A stretch of 60,545 nucleotides of DNA, counting the filler, from Sphacelaria rigidula (taxonomy: Eukaryota), in NCBI GenBank assembly GCA_964200075.2. It is 9 parts of 9 records of this genome, joined end to end, with 100 filler letters (N's around TTAATTAATTAA, not from the genome) between each part and the next. Parts side by side here need not be neighbours in the genome. Positions count along the whole stretch, not along the records: positions 20,218 to 26,855 come from CAXNAA020018906.1; positions 26,956 to 33,593 come from CAXNAA020018907.1; positions 33,694 to 40,331 come from CAXNAA020018908.1; 6 more parts are not named here. One strand, given 5' to 3'. This document shows, one piece after another, positions 21,838 through 34,955 of the stretch. A program made the position numbers and the translations under genes. Under the pieces are notes generated by a model that saw nothing but the letters and a program-made list of their open reading frames with translations, ran no database searches and had not been told where the DNA came from. Numbering within the stretch: the stretch's first letter is position 1; the number at the start of each line of letters is the position of its first letter.

Positions 21838-22625
21838 AGCACAGATAAATAAAGTAATATAAAAGGGGAAGGCATAGGCAGGCAGGATGTACGTGATGCT
21901 CAGATACTCGCATCTAAACACTGAAGTCAAGATACGTATCGTGATCAGCGTAAACGCACCAAAGATGGAATATGCAGGAAGAGTATGGGAGGGGAGCGTA
22001 AACTTGGTGGAGAGGTCGGGAACAGCACAGATGGCAGTGGCTACGAAAATGCTTGGATGATCGAAAACGACGAGTATTAAGGCATCGAGAGCAGAGTTGG
22101 AATTATGCTCACTTGAAACTAAGAGAAACATGACAAAGTTGCGATAGCAGTGTAGCTCTAAGAACAGGCAGAGAAAGAGACCTTGCCAGCAGAAGGTTTT
22201 GAGGCTATATTGAAAAAATCACGATTGGGCAGGCTGGAATAACGTGGGATAGAAAATTTGAGAAAGTATCTAAGAAGATAGGAGGAAATAAAGACGAAGT
22301 ACTGTCCGTAGGTGAAGGCACGGGATACAAGCCAAAAGGAAGAGACATAATCGAAAAAAAGGGAAAAATAGCTATCAGACCCAAAATAGACGAGGAAAAA
22401 CACCGGAAGACGTCTAACGGGTTGAGTGAGGGGATAGGGATGGGGAAAATATCTGCATGGCCCGATGGGTGCGGCGAACGTTTGGAAACTGCGATTTCGG
22501 AAGGGGGGCGTGGACCTGCCTGAAAGAAGAGATATGCCAGCAGTCGAGTGTTGGAAGAAGTAGATGGACAGCATTGCCCCTGTAGTAAAGCAATAGAGAG
22601 AAGAATTCATATGATGGCAGCGTGT
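21838..22625 (+). mobile_element. Decayed LINE ORF2 3' fragment (family of 55892-57115)
   Basis: Colinear nucleotide similarity, e.g. accaaag.tggaatatgcaggaga and tatctgcatggccc.atgg. Confidence 0.85.
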
Positions 22626-23735
22626 CATTTTTCAACGAGCTAGATTTCACTAACACGTCCGAGGCACGTCGGTCCCTGCTCCATCACTCTCTGCCAGCCA
22701 CCCAGTACCCCCCCGCGAAGCATTTTTCAAAACATGTGGTGAGTGTGTCGTTTCGTGTAGTATTTTGGATAAGCATATATCCAACATATGAAGGTAACTC
22801 ACAATCAAACGAAATTTGTACGGTGCTGCCGTTCAAGCGCTTACTTCCTTGATTGACGGGTGAAGATCTCGCATGTTGCACAACACGGAGGGAAGAGCAA
22901 ATCATGCTGTTCCTGACGTGTGCCGGGTGGTGTAATGAGGAGCAAGCGGTAGTATAATGCAAGGACACAGCTTGAAACTCAAGGCACAAGCTTAGCAGGT
23001 AAGTGTACAACAGTCAGGCTGGCACAGCTCTGCACACTGCTGAACACAGCTCTGCACAATACATCAGACAAGTTCTCACGCAATAGGTTCTTCACTTCTT
23101 TTTAGCTATCTTGATTCTAACTCCAGTACCCAATCAACCAATCCAACCCAAACCAGTCAATACGTCTCACCGATGGTTAGACTTCTTTTGCTGGAAAGCA
23201 GTAGGGGAGCAGTTGGTAGTGATCGATGGTGTAAGCTTTGGTCGTGTAACACGACCTAAGCCAGTATCATTCCTGTAATTATACAAGTTCACATTCGCAC
23301 CCGACCAACTCTGAACAGACCTATAGTCTTGGCTACCGAAACAAAGCAAATAGCCAGACTTGACAACGGGTCTGAAGCGGCATGGCAATCAGGCTAATAT
23401 GCGTCTTCATGACACTAACCCACCCAGACAAACCTTTATTACAGCTGTGGGGAATTTATCCTCAAATGAGCGAAAACTAAGATTTTTCTTTACTCGTAAA
23501 GTCATGAGCGGCCGATAAAGCATACCTAAAGGAACACTCCCGTACTCAACACTCCCGTACACAACAATCCTGTACCACTCCCACACCTCAAAAGAAGGGA
23601 AGCATACACTGCTTCGAGGAGCAGAAAAACTGCTCCGGAACGCGGAAGCACAAACTTCTTCGGCGTGCTAGCTATCAACGAAGAAGCACAAATTGTTTCG
23701 GCGTCCTAGCAAACGTTGAGGGGAGAAAACAGGGA

Positions 23736-23902
23736 GGTACAACAGGGAGCAGAGCTCTATCCTGGGGGAGGCCAAAGGTACAACAGGGAGCAAAGCTTCG
23801 ACCTGAGGAAATTCAAAGGTACAACAGGGAGCAAAGCTTCAACCTGAGGGAATCCAAGGGTACGACAGGGAGCAGAGCTTCAACCTGGGGGAATCCAAAG
23901 GT
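23736..23902. repeat. 41-bp minisatellite, 4 copies, in the Gypsy 3' UTR
   Basis: ggtacaacagggagca.agctt..acctg.gg.aat.caaa repeated. Confidence 0.9.
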
Positions 23903-24144
23903 GCTACAACTGCAAGATCGGAAATCTGAAAGTTGGTGATCCGACGAGATCGAGCGCCAGTTGAAGGGGATACTATAGCTCCAGGAATCGTCGGTAGTGG
24001 TCGTCTCAGTAATTCTTGATCGTCGTTCGATGTAGGTCGCGCTGTTGTGGTGTCGTAGAAGAGGATCCTTTTGGAGAAGGGAGGGCAGATAATGCTTACG
24101 GGAAAAATCGAGGTGGGGCAACAGTCGCGACAAAGCAGCGTGGT

Positions 24145-26855
24145 TCATAGCGGGGTGTGGACGTCGTGGGTGTGGTCGATGTTGCGCTGGAGACCACGGC
24201 GAAGTCTTTTGGACTTGAGTCGCTGGAGACACCAGGATCCGCGTGGTGCAGATGGGCTGGTGGTGTATAGTGCTGGCCGAAGCTTGAGCTGTATGGATCC
24301 AGGGTCATCGATGAAGCGCACGATGTATGTGTCGGCCGAAACCAGATTAGCGGAGTGGTTCTGACACAACCACCAAAGGTTGTCGCTCCCTTTGAACTAA
24401 AGGTAGCTGCCCTTGGGCAGGAGTCGCTGGTTCGCGAAGAACTTCGTCTTACAAGTCTTGGAGGGCACAAGTTCGTAACCATCGGCGACAAAGCGTAATC
24501 CCTGATTGCGGTGAAGTTCGCGGGCTGCTGCGCCACAGCGCATGTTGCGATATTTCTTGTTGTGAGCAAGATGCTGATGTTGGGATTGCGTCCAGTGAAG
24601 GAGGATTGCGCGGCGGTGCAATTGCAGGTCGGATTCGCGTTCCCAAGACGCTTTCCGGAGACCGTGCCAGTGTGTTTTATACATGACAGCGATCTTGCTT
24701 CCTCGACCACGGGTTATCTGGTGGCCGGAAATTGATGACACAGTCAATCGACGGGGCTGTTCCGTCATGCCTTCGGTTGTACCGTGGTAGGGCGGGGACT
24801 TGATCGAGTAGCTGTTGAGAAAATACTGTGTGAGTCCGGCAGGCAGGTAATTGGGCGTGTCACTTGTATCATGCGGGTTCGTGCAGGGTTTGCATCTGTG
24901 CACGGAGACGCGGGGCTTAGTTTCTTTGCCCTAGAAGTCGCGAGGCAAGTCGAGATAGAGCAGTTTGTCACCAACAGGTGTTTGATCCGGTGATGATGAC
25001 GGCGGTCCGACGGTCAGGATCGTGACTGGTCCTGTCCAATTAAAGGACAGTTTTGTCTTCAAAATTGTTTCGTTGGCTGCCTTGCTGGTGCCTTGGCGGA
25101 TGGTCAACAAACTGTTGTAGATCCAAACCCAATCACCAACTTTCCAGTTAGGGCGTTTGTGCATGAGGTTGTAGAGAGCAGTGTTAGATCTCTTCAGGCG
25201 CGAGGCGTTGATAGCGCGTTGTTTGCGCACGAGGGTGAACGCTTCGCGTTGTTGTGCATGCGCTAGCTAGTTGTAGGTTATCTGATCCTGATCCCATCCT
25301 TGGTGGCCGTCGAACGTGTGTCGCTCGAACACGGTGATAGGCAGCCGAGGGTAACGTCCAAGATGGAGTTCGTTCGGAGAAAGGTCTGTGGCGGCATTAA
25401 CCGAGTTGTTGTAGGACAACATGATGTGTGAGAGATGTAGGTCCCAGTCATTTTGGCGGTCATTGACAACCATAGAGAGCATCTGGGCCATGGTGGGATT
25501 AACGCTTTCGGTATCACCGTTACCGTTCGGGTGGTAGGCGCTCGTGGCAATTTCGCGCGATGCCCAGAAGCTTGTAAAGCTCGTCAGAGAGGTCTAGGCA
25601 AAATTGCTGACCATTGTCTGAAAGGAGTCGCTTTGGGCAACCGTAGTGCTTAATGTCATCGTGGACCAGTATGTCGGCCGTTCCGGCGGCAGTGAAATCT
25701 GCGGCGGATACCGCGTACATGGACGCATGGCGGCTAAAGCGGTCAGTGACAAGTAGCATGTAGGTGTTGCCGCGACCTGTGGTCGGTAGAGGGCCAAAGT
25801 AGTCAAAGGACACAAGGTGGCCGGGATCGTCGGGGAGTCCCATAGAGATGACAGGCCAACATACTGTCTGTCGTGAAGTTTTTCGGGCTTGGCATACAAA
25901 GCATCGCCGAATCCAGGAGCGAGTTGAAATTTCCATGCCAACCCACCAGTAGAAGCGTTCCAAGAGCGCTAGGGTGCGGGTGACATCAAGGTGGCATGAC
26001 AAGTCCGTGTGGCAGCCTTGCATGACCCAGGGGCGCATTAATAATGGCACATATATGCGCGTTGGTTCGTCATTGAGTAGTCGTGCGGTGCGTCCCGTAG
26101 TTGAGGCGGCAATTGCGCCTGTCAAAGGCGTGGGCCGACGTACGAGTAGTTGCACACCTTCATCCGTAGTAAGAAGGATGCCTTCACGCACGAGCTCGTA
26201 TACGTCAGAATGACTGGTGGTGGCAGTGTGCCAACCGGGGCCAGAAGTGTGGACGGAAAAGGGACTGGATAGTCGAGTTGTAAGTACCGGATGGCTGCGC
26301 GACATAGCGGTTCTGCATTTTGTTCGCGAGCCCAATCACGGTGGGAGTAGCTGGTGAGAAACTCGCGTAGTTGACCTTCCGCTAGCGAGCCGGTCAAACA
26401 TGGTAGGGCAGGCGGCGGGGGAATAGGCAACGGGGCAGAAATGCCGACGTCAATATATGTCCCGGGAGCAGGAGACGAGTCGTCAGTTCCGTGCTCGGGG
26501 GTAAGAGATGTTTGCGGCGCCGTTACTGGCGGCGGGGTTGCATCAGTGCACGGCGAAGATTGTTCGCGGCGCGTGGCACACGGTGCAGGAGCTTTCGCGG
26601 AGCTTTGCGTGTTGGACCGTGGAACTTGTGCTGGGTGGCTCATAGAGGTTGCAGGTGTTGTTGGTGGTGGCGGGGCACTGGGTATGGTGCGGGCGGCAGA
26701 CCGGGAGCGCGTGTTGTCGGAGATAAGGTGGGTGACTGGAGGTGTCTCCGCGAAGAGTTTCGCGCGAGTACCGAAAGTGCGAAAATCGACAAAATCGGAG
26801 GTAGTGGGCTTTAACCCACCCAAGACGGCGTCATATGGTAGAGGGCGAGGTCCTC
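24145..26855 (-). pseudogene. pol: Gypsy integrase + chromodomain + Tudor-like domain, frameshifted
   Basis: CHTDLSCH..RFYWWVGM..CFVCQARK; VSFDYFGPLP; LLSDNGQQF; NWTGPVTIL; ISGHQ..MYKTHWHGLRKASWERESDL. Confidence 0.92.
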
Positions 26856-26955
26856 NNNNNNNNNNNNNNNNNNNNNNNNNNNNNNNNNNNNNNNNNNNNT
26901 TAATTAATTAANNNNNNNNNNNNNNNNNNNNNNNNNNNNNNNNNNNNNNNNNNNN
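26856..26955. other. Artificial contig spacer
   Basis: N44-TTAATTAATTAA-N44. Confidence 0.98.
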
Positions 26956-26989
26956 GTCGCCCGCCCCTGGTGCCGCGCCCGCGGGCGGG

Positions 26990-27021
<32 letters not shown>

Positions 27022-29890
27022 ATAAACCGTTTTCCAGTCTGTAAGGCCCCTTGGAGGGGCAGACATCCTTGAACGGGAGGTCTCCACATCAGCATACCTG
27101 GCGCTACAGACCAGCTTTCGCGCGTTTGACAGCCGGATAGGAAAGGCTGCGTATCAATACGAAAGTGGAAAGCGTATATTGCACGGTAATACCCGACGAA
27201 GTTGACACCGCGTGTTCCTAGTGCAAGTACAACGAGTACTGTAGTACTGACTGTACGATGCGAGCCACGCCTCTACTGGGCTAGAATATGCCATTCGTGA
27301 AAGAAAATCAAATTGCGACTTGCACTCTGTCCTGTTGTAGAACCAAGTGAAAACTCTGCACAGGGGTGATCACGCGCCTGCCAGAGAGATAATCTTGTTT
27401 TTTTTTTGGGTACGTCCATCATGAGGCCGCAGTTGGACTCCCGAGGGTTCAATTAAAGTACAACAATCACTCAATCAATCAGTAGTTGTGTATGTTATTT
27501 TCTGATTTTCATTTGGCAAAAAAATCGAGTATCTTCTTCAATGGTGGGAGTCAGCGACGGAACTGCACGGTGGGGTGGGTATGCAATCCTCATGTCTTCA
27601 CTAGAGACTCGCTACCGTGCAGTGCTGTGCTGACCCATGAATGTTCGGCTCACCTCCCACAGATGAGGGTAGCTCGAAGTTGATGAAAACAATCGCGCGA
27701 AGCGCTATTATGGCCGAGCGTTTAAAAATCGGCACTCGGCGAAATGAAGGACCCGTCAGAAATGAGGGGAAAAATATCACATGGGACATGTCCTGTTTCA
27801 GCGTGCTGGAGCACAAACACGCCCACGCCCTCTCTCATGTGCTGTAGCCGTCACTGCCTTGTGGTGTGTCCGGACCTTTACTGAGACTGGTCTCCGCTGG
27901 GGCCGCGTCAGTTCCCTTACTGTCACTACCTCGGTCTATACAGGAATTGAGGAGGATAATCTTTGTCCGCACGCAGTGCTGTCTACACACTGTTGTGTGT
28001 TGGTTGTTTCGTCTTTCGTCGAACGAACAAGGCGCTTCCTACACCCATCATTTCTATGCTGTAGTTGTCGCTGTGCTGTTGTGTAATTAAACACTCTACG
28101 ACCAACATGGTATGATTTTCTGTGATGGTTTGGCAGATCGAAAGCCTGGGAATCGAACCGCGGCTGTTGGAAAAATGGAAGACGAAGAAGGAACTTCTCA
28201 AGCAAGAGGCAATGTCTGGCGGCGGAAAAAATCACAAAATGGTCAGCCGAGGAACCGTGACGCTCGTCATAATTGGACTATTGGAAGGGTCGTACGCGTG
28301 GATGAAATGTAGGTCCCGGCGGTGGATGGAGAAGCACGGGATTGTTCTGGCGGCGTTGATTGTGGCGCTGGCCATTAGCAGATGTTGCATGCTAATTTTG
28401 GATCATTGTACTTGACCTGAGTTCTGCAGTTCTACGTGAGTGTTGGTTTCCATCGGGTAAGGGGTCGTGCATTTGTTGAAAGGGGGGGCGGGGGGGTGGG
28501 CACGCTTATATATGCGTACCGTACGTGTAGAAGGGAATGTTTTTTTATTTATGCTGTGTTTCGAGAGTTAGTGCGGTGTTTGTTTTGTATATGTTAGTAT
28601 ATGCCGCGTTTACGAGATGGGGAATGGAGAATAAACTCGAGAGAAAACGTTGGCGTCGCGTGTGCTCGTAGCGTGGTGGTCGCGAGAAACGGGGAGAAGG
28701 TCCAGCACAGTTTCCTGAAGGGGTCACCATTTTTTGTTTCAAATCCGGGCAGGACTTGCTGTTCGATGAACCGGATCAGATTTTGTTCCTCGTGACCAAT
28801 TAGGAGACTGCGCAGGCTCCTTCCCCCCTATCTCATATTCTCCGAGGGGCGTGGGTGTCGAGTTTGGTTCACATTTGCACCCACCCCCGGCCAAACTGCC
28901 AGCGTTCTGCGCTAGCAGACGTCGGTGTGTGGGGAATCCATGTACTATACTCGTAGATGCACCTCACGCGTATCACACATGTGAAAACGGGACACTTCCT
29001 TCTTTTTTCGTTTCGCCGTTCATATCGTAGATATCGAGGGTTTCTCTATACATTCCTTCGCTAGTTTTTGCGGAATTTTTCTCATTTGAGCGGACTCAGC
29101 CAAGAGATGCATTTCGTTGTGGCGAATGAGTCTAACAGGCTTTGGGTCCGCCCCTGAGAGCGAGCGGTGTAATCATGTCTTGCATTCCTTAGCGATCAAG
29201 ACCGCTCGGCCACGCTACCTCTGCAGGACGGAGCATTGCTGCCAGTAGAGCGATTGCCTGTGATCCAATCGCTTTTATTGGTTTTGCCACAAAAATAGTT
29301 ACCTGAAAAAGGTTTGTCCTATACATTTCATCTGAAGTATCCGGGTAGGGTAGAGAGGGGGAGGCTTGTTGTATCTACCCCTCATCCTCTCAGTGGGGAG
29401 TTTCATGGCGCATATGCTCCTATTTACGTGTTTTATGTCGATTCATTCCGGCCACGCGGAGTACGGTGTGCGCTACAATTTTACGTTTGTCGTGAGGGGT
29501 GCCACGTGAGAACAATGTTTTTCTCTCACACCCTCGAAGGTTGGAGGGCTGGTCGGTTGATTCGCTAGTTTTCTGTTTTTTCATCCCAAAAATGGGGGTG
29601 GTTCGATTCGACTCTGCTTGGGTGTGAGAAAGTGGTGATTCCTGTACAGTAGGCAAAACATGTCAGAGTTGGACTTGAATGGCTAATCGCTGTATTCTTC
29701 TCTGGCGTGGGAATTGAATGTTTCCCTTGCATGCTTGGTGGAAGTGCGTGTGTGTTATCTGGGTCTCGCCTATACATAAATTCAATCCGTACGTTGCCCA
29801 CCCACTCTTTGTAGGTAAGTGAAGTTGATTTGGGAAAGGGTTCCTGGTCGGCCTTGCGTTGCGCCGGAAAAGGAAAACGAAGGGGAATAC

Positions 29891-30267
29891 GTGTATACTC
29901 CTGTGTGTGTTGTGTGTTGTCGTCCCATTCATTCTGGGCGCCAGTCTACACCTTTCGGTATATGTGGGCGCATCAGCCAGGGTCACACAGGAGGAAGGTC
30001 AACACAGGACTTTTTATTTATTTGTTTGTTTTTAGTACCCCACCTTCCTTCTCCGGTGCTTGCCTTTTATTTTTTATCGCGGGAGGGGTTCGGCAGTCCC
30101 TTTCCCTCGCCGACCGTCAAGTCGAATGTTGTGTACCCACGACATACTCGCTCTCCACTGTTGAGCGTGGTGCAAGAAAAAATCCCAGATTGCTCCGGGA
30201 ATCGAACCCCACTACTTAACCGTCAGAAGGTTACGAGGTCACCAACTGAGCCACCGGGGCGACCGGC
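29891..30267 (-). mobile_element. tRNA-derived SINE, near full length
   Basis: Minus-strand head has a Pol III A box (TGGCTCAGTTGG) and B box (GGTTCGATTCCC). The body recurs at 12712 and 53040, and the tail is CA-rich. Confidence 0.8.
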
Positions 30268-31494
30268 TTGTGTCGGGTTTCATTTTGCTCTCGAGGAAGC
30301 TAGTGTGGAAAGGTTGGCACTCGGGTGCAGGGTATGGTCGTATGTTCGTGTCGAAGAGCGAGCATGTGTGAATTGATGAGGCAACTGAAAGGTCTGAGGG
30401 AGTGCACGATAAAGGGTAAACGTCAGGCTACACTTCAGGCTTGGGAAGTTTGTTGCTCCAAACATGGTGGATTTTACCGCAATTTTTTCCTGTGGAAATC
30501 CACGGACAAATGTATGACGTGGTTTTGAACGTGACTGCGCTGTTGATGCGAAGGAGTCGCTCAAACATGTGCATTCTGATATCTTGTTCCATTAGATGAT
30601 GAGTATTATGTGTAGGCTTTTTTGTAGTGCGTGTTCCGTTCGATGGGAGGTGTCCGTCGATGTCATGTCTGTTCGTCTGTCTTCCCAGGGTTCATACGAT
30701 AACATGCGACAATTCTTGGCGGCATTTTGTGTGCTTCCGCCTGCAGACGTGTTGAGTGAGATGGACGTGACGAAAAGTGTTCTCTATTCTGATAGATTTG
30801 GATGGTAAAAATGAACTGTATTTCTAGCGTTGTGTCACTCTCATGGTCTAGAAATTATTATTCGTTTTCAACCGGTTATTATTCGGTTTTAACCGCAGAT
30901 TATTTTATTCGAATGATCGTTTCGCATGCAAAGTGTCACCCGTTGACTTGAATTCTGCAATCGTCAGTGATGTGCACATTCGCTTCACTGGTAATCACGA
31001 TCACGTTTGTCTACATGGCACAATCATTTCGTCGTGCTTCTAGTATTTTTGACGGTGCTGTTCACCCCATTTTCACTTCAAGGAGGACTGAAGATGATGG
31101 CGATTCAACGAATGGTCATGTGCAGTAGTCAGCGTCAGAAGTACGCATAAATTGTAATTTCTTAGTTTCTCAAAAATTTTCTAAATTTGTTTCGCTCGCC
31201 ACCGCTCTTCACAGTGACTGTTGGATGCCAAAAGTGGGCACCTAGAGGTATTTTAATCCTCTTGACAAATATTGAAGAAAAATGTATCGGCGATCATTGA
31301 GTGACTTACGGGCTTGACCGATCTTCGGGGGTCCTGCGAACGTCCAACCCCAGGTTCTAGCTTTTCGGTATTTTCGGTGGACTGATTGGATCCCGATCAT
31401 GTAAGTGAAGACTCAAGAATGATTATTTTTTTGAATTCCACCTATTCACACTGCGCTAAAACCGGAAAACTACATTTCTTAGACCATTTACGGT

Positions 31495-31947
31495 CAATAA
31501 CACGCCCCTGATGAACGGGGTCTTTACTCCGTGTCACCCCCACAACACCAACTTGGGCATCGTGATTTGAGCGCGGTCTTCTTACTTTGTCGAAACTATC
31601 GACGCTAGCACTTTCCAGTGCTCAAGGAAAATGTTATGCGAAAAACACACGAAAAAAGGTCATCCGCAGAAAATGCTCGACTGAGGTCTGTGCAGTTCAG
31701 GAGGGAAACACAATCTCAATCGGCTTTGTTGTGAAGAGTTGTATGCCTATTCATGTAACAGAATATTTACCGTTTCGTTGCGGAAGAGCCGGAAAACTGT
31801 TTTATTTTCACCAAAAACGGGCAATAACACCATCCTGATAAACGGGGTATCCAGTCCGTATCGCCCCAAAAACACCAAGTTGGACACTGTAGTTTGAGCG
31901 CGGCCTACGCTTTCCCCTAAATCTGCTGGGCCTAGCACTTTCAAGTA
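31495..31947 (+). repeat. Diverged direct repeat of about 125 bp, 2 copies (31495-31620 and 31822-31947)
   Basis: caataacac..cctgat.aacggggt...aacaccaa.ttgg.ca..gt..tttgagcgcgg...ctagcacttt is shared. Confidence 0.75.
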
Positions 31948-33329
31948 GTAATGAAAATTAATACTCGATAAAAACTCAAGAACTACAAGAACTACGAATT
32001 CTAAAAACTTCTGATGTTCTAATGCTGACTAAAATACTATAGCGCCGGAGGTGTACATTTTCGGAATCGGCATCTGTCACTTGACAGGAAACCGCGTGAC
32101 CCAGATTGCCAACTGTGACGCTAGCCAGTGGAACAACAAACGGCGTATTTTCGTCACACAACCCTGGCGGGTAAAAGGGGTGACATTTCGAATACTATGT
32201 TTTTGGATTGAGCCCATTATATAATCCGAAATCAAACCATTCACCCACGTATCATTCTTTGAAACAGCGGCGGTTTGATATAACACATGAAAAAAGTCCC
32301 CCTGTTTGGGCGGTGTTTTGACGAAACAAGGAAAGTGAGAATCATTAATCATTTCGTGATGGTGACAGTGAAATGACGGTTCACAGCTTCATTATCACGA
32401 GATATCACGCGATGTTCCAATCTGGGAGGGAAAACAAGTGAGATGTACTGAAAATGCAATGAAGGTGACAATAATACGCGATCAGACCAGCGACTCGCAC
32501 CAACCCACAACCATTCGGAAATACACGAAAAGTCCCATAGCAAGCCTTCCGAATCACGATCACACCCCCGTCACGTTTGTCACGTTTCGGGTTTCGTTAA
32601 AACGGTGCCTTTTCGATCCCACACTTGATCAAACGCTAGACACTGAATCTGGCGACTAGGTTGTCACGGTGAAATCTCCCCCGTTGCGCTCGTTCAGCAC
32701 GAACCAAAACAAAAACAAAGTGTGGGGAGGGCACACTAGGATTATATGTGCATAACGATTACCGGTAAACACAGGTAAACCGGAGATTGGTAGCGGAGGT
32801 ATATCTCAAACTCGAGGTTCCCGGGTTATTTACCCCGGGGACCGCGAGGTTAGTTTTCTGTTGAATCAGCATTAATTTCAAGTGAAAAAAGTATGCATGA
32901 TCCAGAAAGACTAATCTCGCGGTCTAAGGGTTAACAGTAAATGTGTATCAAACGTTGTAACGAGAGCCTCGATACCTTTAGTACGACTACATACAGAAAA
33001 TTGGTCTAGCCGATAGATAACAGAGCCCGAGATCAGCCCTGCAAATACCATGACACCAAAACCACATCCGAAACGGTTCTCAACAGGTGAGAGAAGGAGA
33101 ATGCTTTCGTCGGCTTCCTTCGGGTTTCATCAACATTGTTCCGGATTTTTTTTTCAACTCTCAACTCTCTCGAAATAAATGATAAAAGGGGGAATACCTT
33201 CATGAGAAGTAAAGCGCCGCCTGTGGTGTTTGGGGAAAGAATTCCCGTTGCTGAAAACGTGTTACAGATGTGATATTAAGAAATTTCATAGGTGAGGCCG
33301 GATGTTATGGCACACAGGTTTTTGGCCCA

Positions 33330-33490
33330 CGGATTGTTCACTTTTATGGCGTTTGAGCCCCTTTTCGACCCCCAAACAGGGAAAATCGCCAACAGACGTC
33401 TTGGACACTTTGCATCACCCCACAGACAGGAGCCTAGCCCACTTTTCAGATTCGCTTGGCTCCAAGGTTTATCGAGAACGGCCGCTGAAC
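33330..33490. repeat. Interspersed repeat family (also about 12900-12971, 35840-35995, 36915-37075)
   Basis: Shared motifs cccaaacagggaa.atcgcca, catcaccccac.ga.aggag and gattcgctt.gctc...tcgagaa.ggcc, in either orientation. Confidence 0.7.
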
Positions 33491-33593
33491 AAAAATCTGT
33501 GTGGAACAAAATCTACAGCGATCTCCACAGATTTTTGGGCAAACTGGCGGGGGTCGGCAAGCGCGGATTTTCACACACGAACTTTTGTTCAGC

Positions 33594-33693
33594 NNNNNNN
33601 NNNNNNNNNNNNNNNNNNNNNNNNNNNNNNNNNNNNNTTAATTAATTAANNNNNNNNNNNNNNNNNNNNNNNNNNNNNNNNNNNNNNNNNNNN
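33594..33693. other. Artificial contig spacer
   Basis: N44-TTAATTAATTAA-N44. Confidence 0.98.
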
Positions 33694-33714
33694 CAATTCG
33701 CACAATTTGTTGTT

Positions 33715-34541
33715 AAACCCTTGTGGAGGCCTTCTTGACATGCAGAATGAAAAATGATACCTATGGTGGTGACCTAACTGTTGCTAGCGTGGTGCAGAGG
33801 GGTACTTCAGCTGCAATCTGGAGCTTTCGTTGCTCTACTCTACTGACTCCCGTCTGCAGAGCGTCTGCCGACAGAGGGTCACACATGGTAACAACATGTT
33901 GTTGTGTACCTATATTCGGAACAGCTATGGAAACGAAACAGTTCGGTTTTTCAAAGTACGTCCACATGATTGAAATGACTCTTGTTCCCCGAAAGAAGGA
34001 GTTCGCTTTGGGTCCGTTGAAACGTTCGAAGATACTGTCGAACAGCACTATCAAACTTTGCTGGCATTGGCATCCGCCAACCAGCACTTGCGGAACACAA
34101 ATCGACAGTTTAACGTTCTTATTAGAAAGGAATGGGCATAAAACTGTTTGCAGGTAGGCAAACGATGGTTTTCATACACGATGAACTCTGTGTTCCCCCG
34201 TGGCCGTTACATGCACTCCCAATTATTGTGTCGTCTATTTTCATACCTGGCGGGGAAACAGGAAAGCCGCAGTTCCTCAGATAACAAGAGTCATTTCAAT
34301 CATGTGGACGTACTTTGAAAACCCGAACTGTTTCGTTTCCATAGCTGTTCCGAATATAGGTACACAACAACATGTTGTTACCATGTGTGACCCGCTCTGC
34401 AGACGGGAGTCAATAAAGTAGAGCAACGAAAGCTCCAGATTGAAGCTGACGTACCCCTCTGCACCACGCTAGCAACAGTTAGGTCACCACCAAAGGTATC
34501 ATTTTTCACTCTGCATGTCAAGAAGGCCTCCACAAGGGTTT
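33715..34541. mobile_element. Foldback element with about 265-bp inverted arms and a spacer of about 296 bp
   Basis: 33715-33986 is the reverse complement of 34283-34541 apart from a 13-bp indel and a few substitutions. Flanks are ttaa-like and ttga-like. Confidence 0.9.
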
Positions 34542-34754
34542 GATCTCTCTCTCTCACACACACACACCAACTGGCCTGTGTCAGGCTCTTGTGGTCGGGT
34601 GCCATGATGGTCAGATATATCACGATGAAATCAACGATGAATAAGACCCCCCCTGGTTCAAATTGGACCATCTGTTATTTTTGCCGCAGCGCACCCTCCT
34701 TGCTGACGTGTGTGACAGAGAACAGGAGTAGCGGTGACGGGAACATTGCCCTGT

Positions 34755-34955
34755 TTTTCAGCGTACAGAGGCGCGTCGTGTCCAAAACGAGAGGCAGTGA
34801 GAAATCGATCTTCGCATTGGTGACCTCCAGAGACAACAAAAAAAGACGAACTCTCTCCACAGCTTGATGTCATTTTGGGATACCTACCGGTACATGAGAA
34901 ACTTGGCACGCTGATAACATGCATGATGCCAGTGTCTCGAGCGATTGGCAATCAT
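34755..34955. repeat. Interspersed repeat; inverted homolog at about 38780-38965
   Basis: agaggcgcgtc.tgtccaaaac.agaggcag and accggtacatg.gaaa...catgatgc.agt.tctcg are shared. Confidence 0.65.

Larger units (their letters stand above)
22931..26855 (-). mobile_element. Chromodomain-bearing Ty3/Gypsy element, 3' half with 3' LTR (22931-23414)
   Basis: Homolog of 13479-19004. The LTR runs TGTCATGAAG..CCTCATTACA after gggtgggttag. Confidence 0.92.

Noticed and set aside
30190..30267. tRNA gene
   Set aside because: A and B boxes are present but there is no proper acceptor or anticodon stem, and it is attached to a repeated SINE body. The same applies to 47505-47580 and about 54955-55035.
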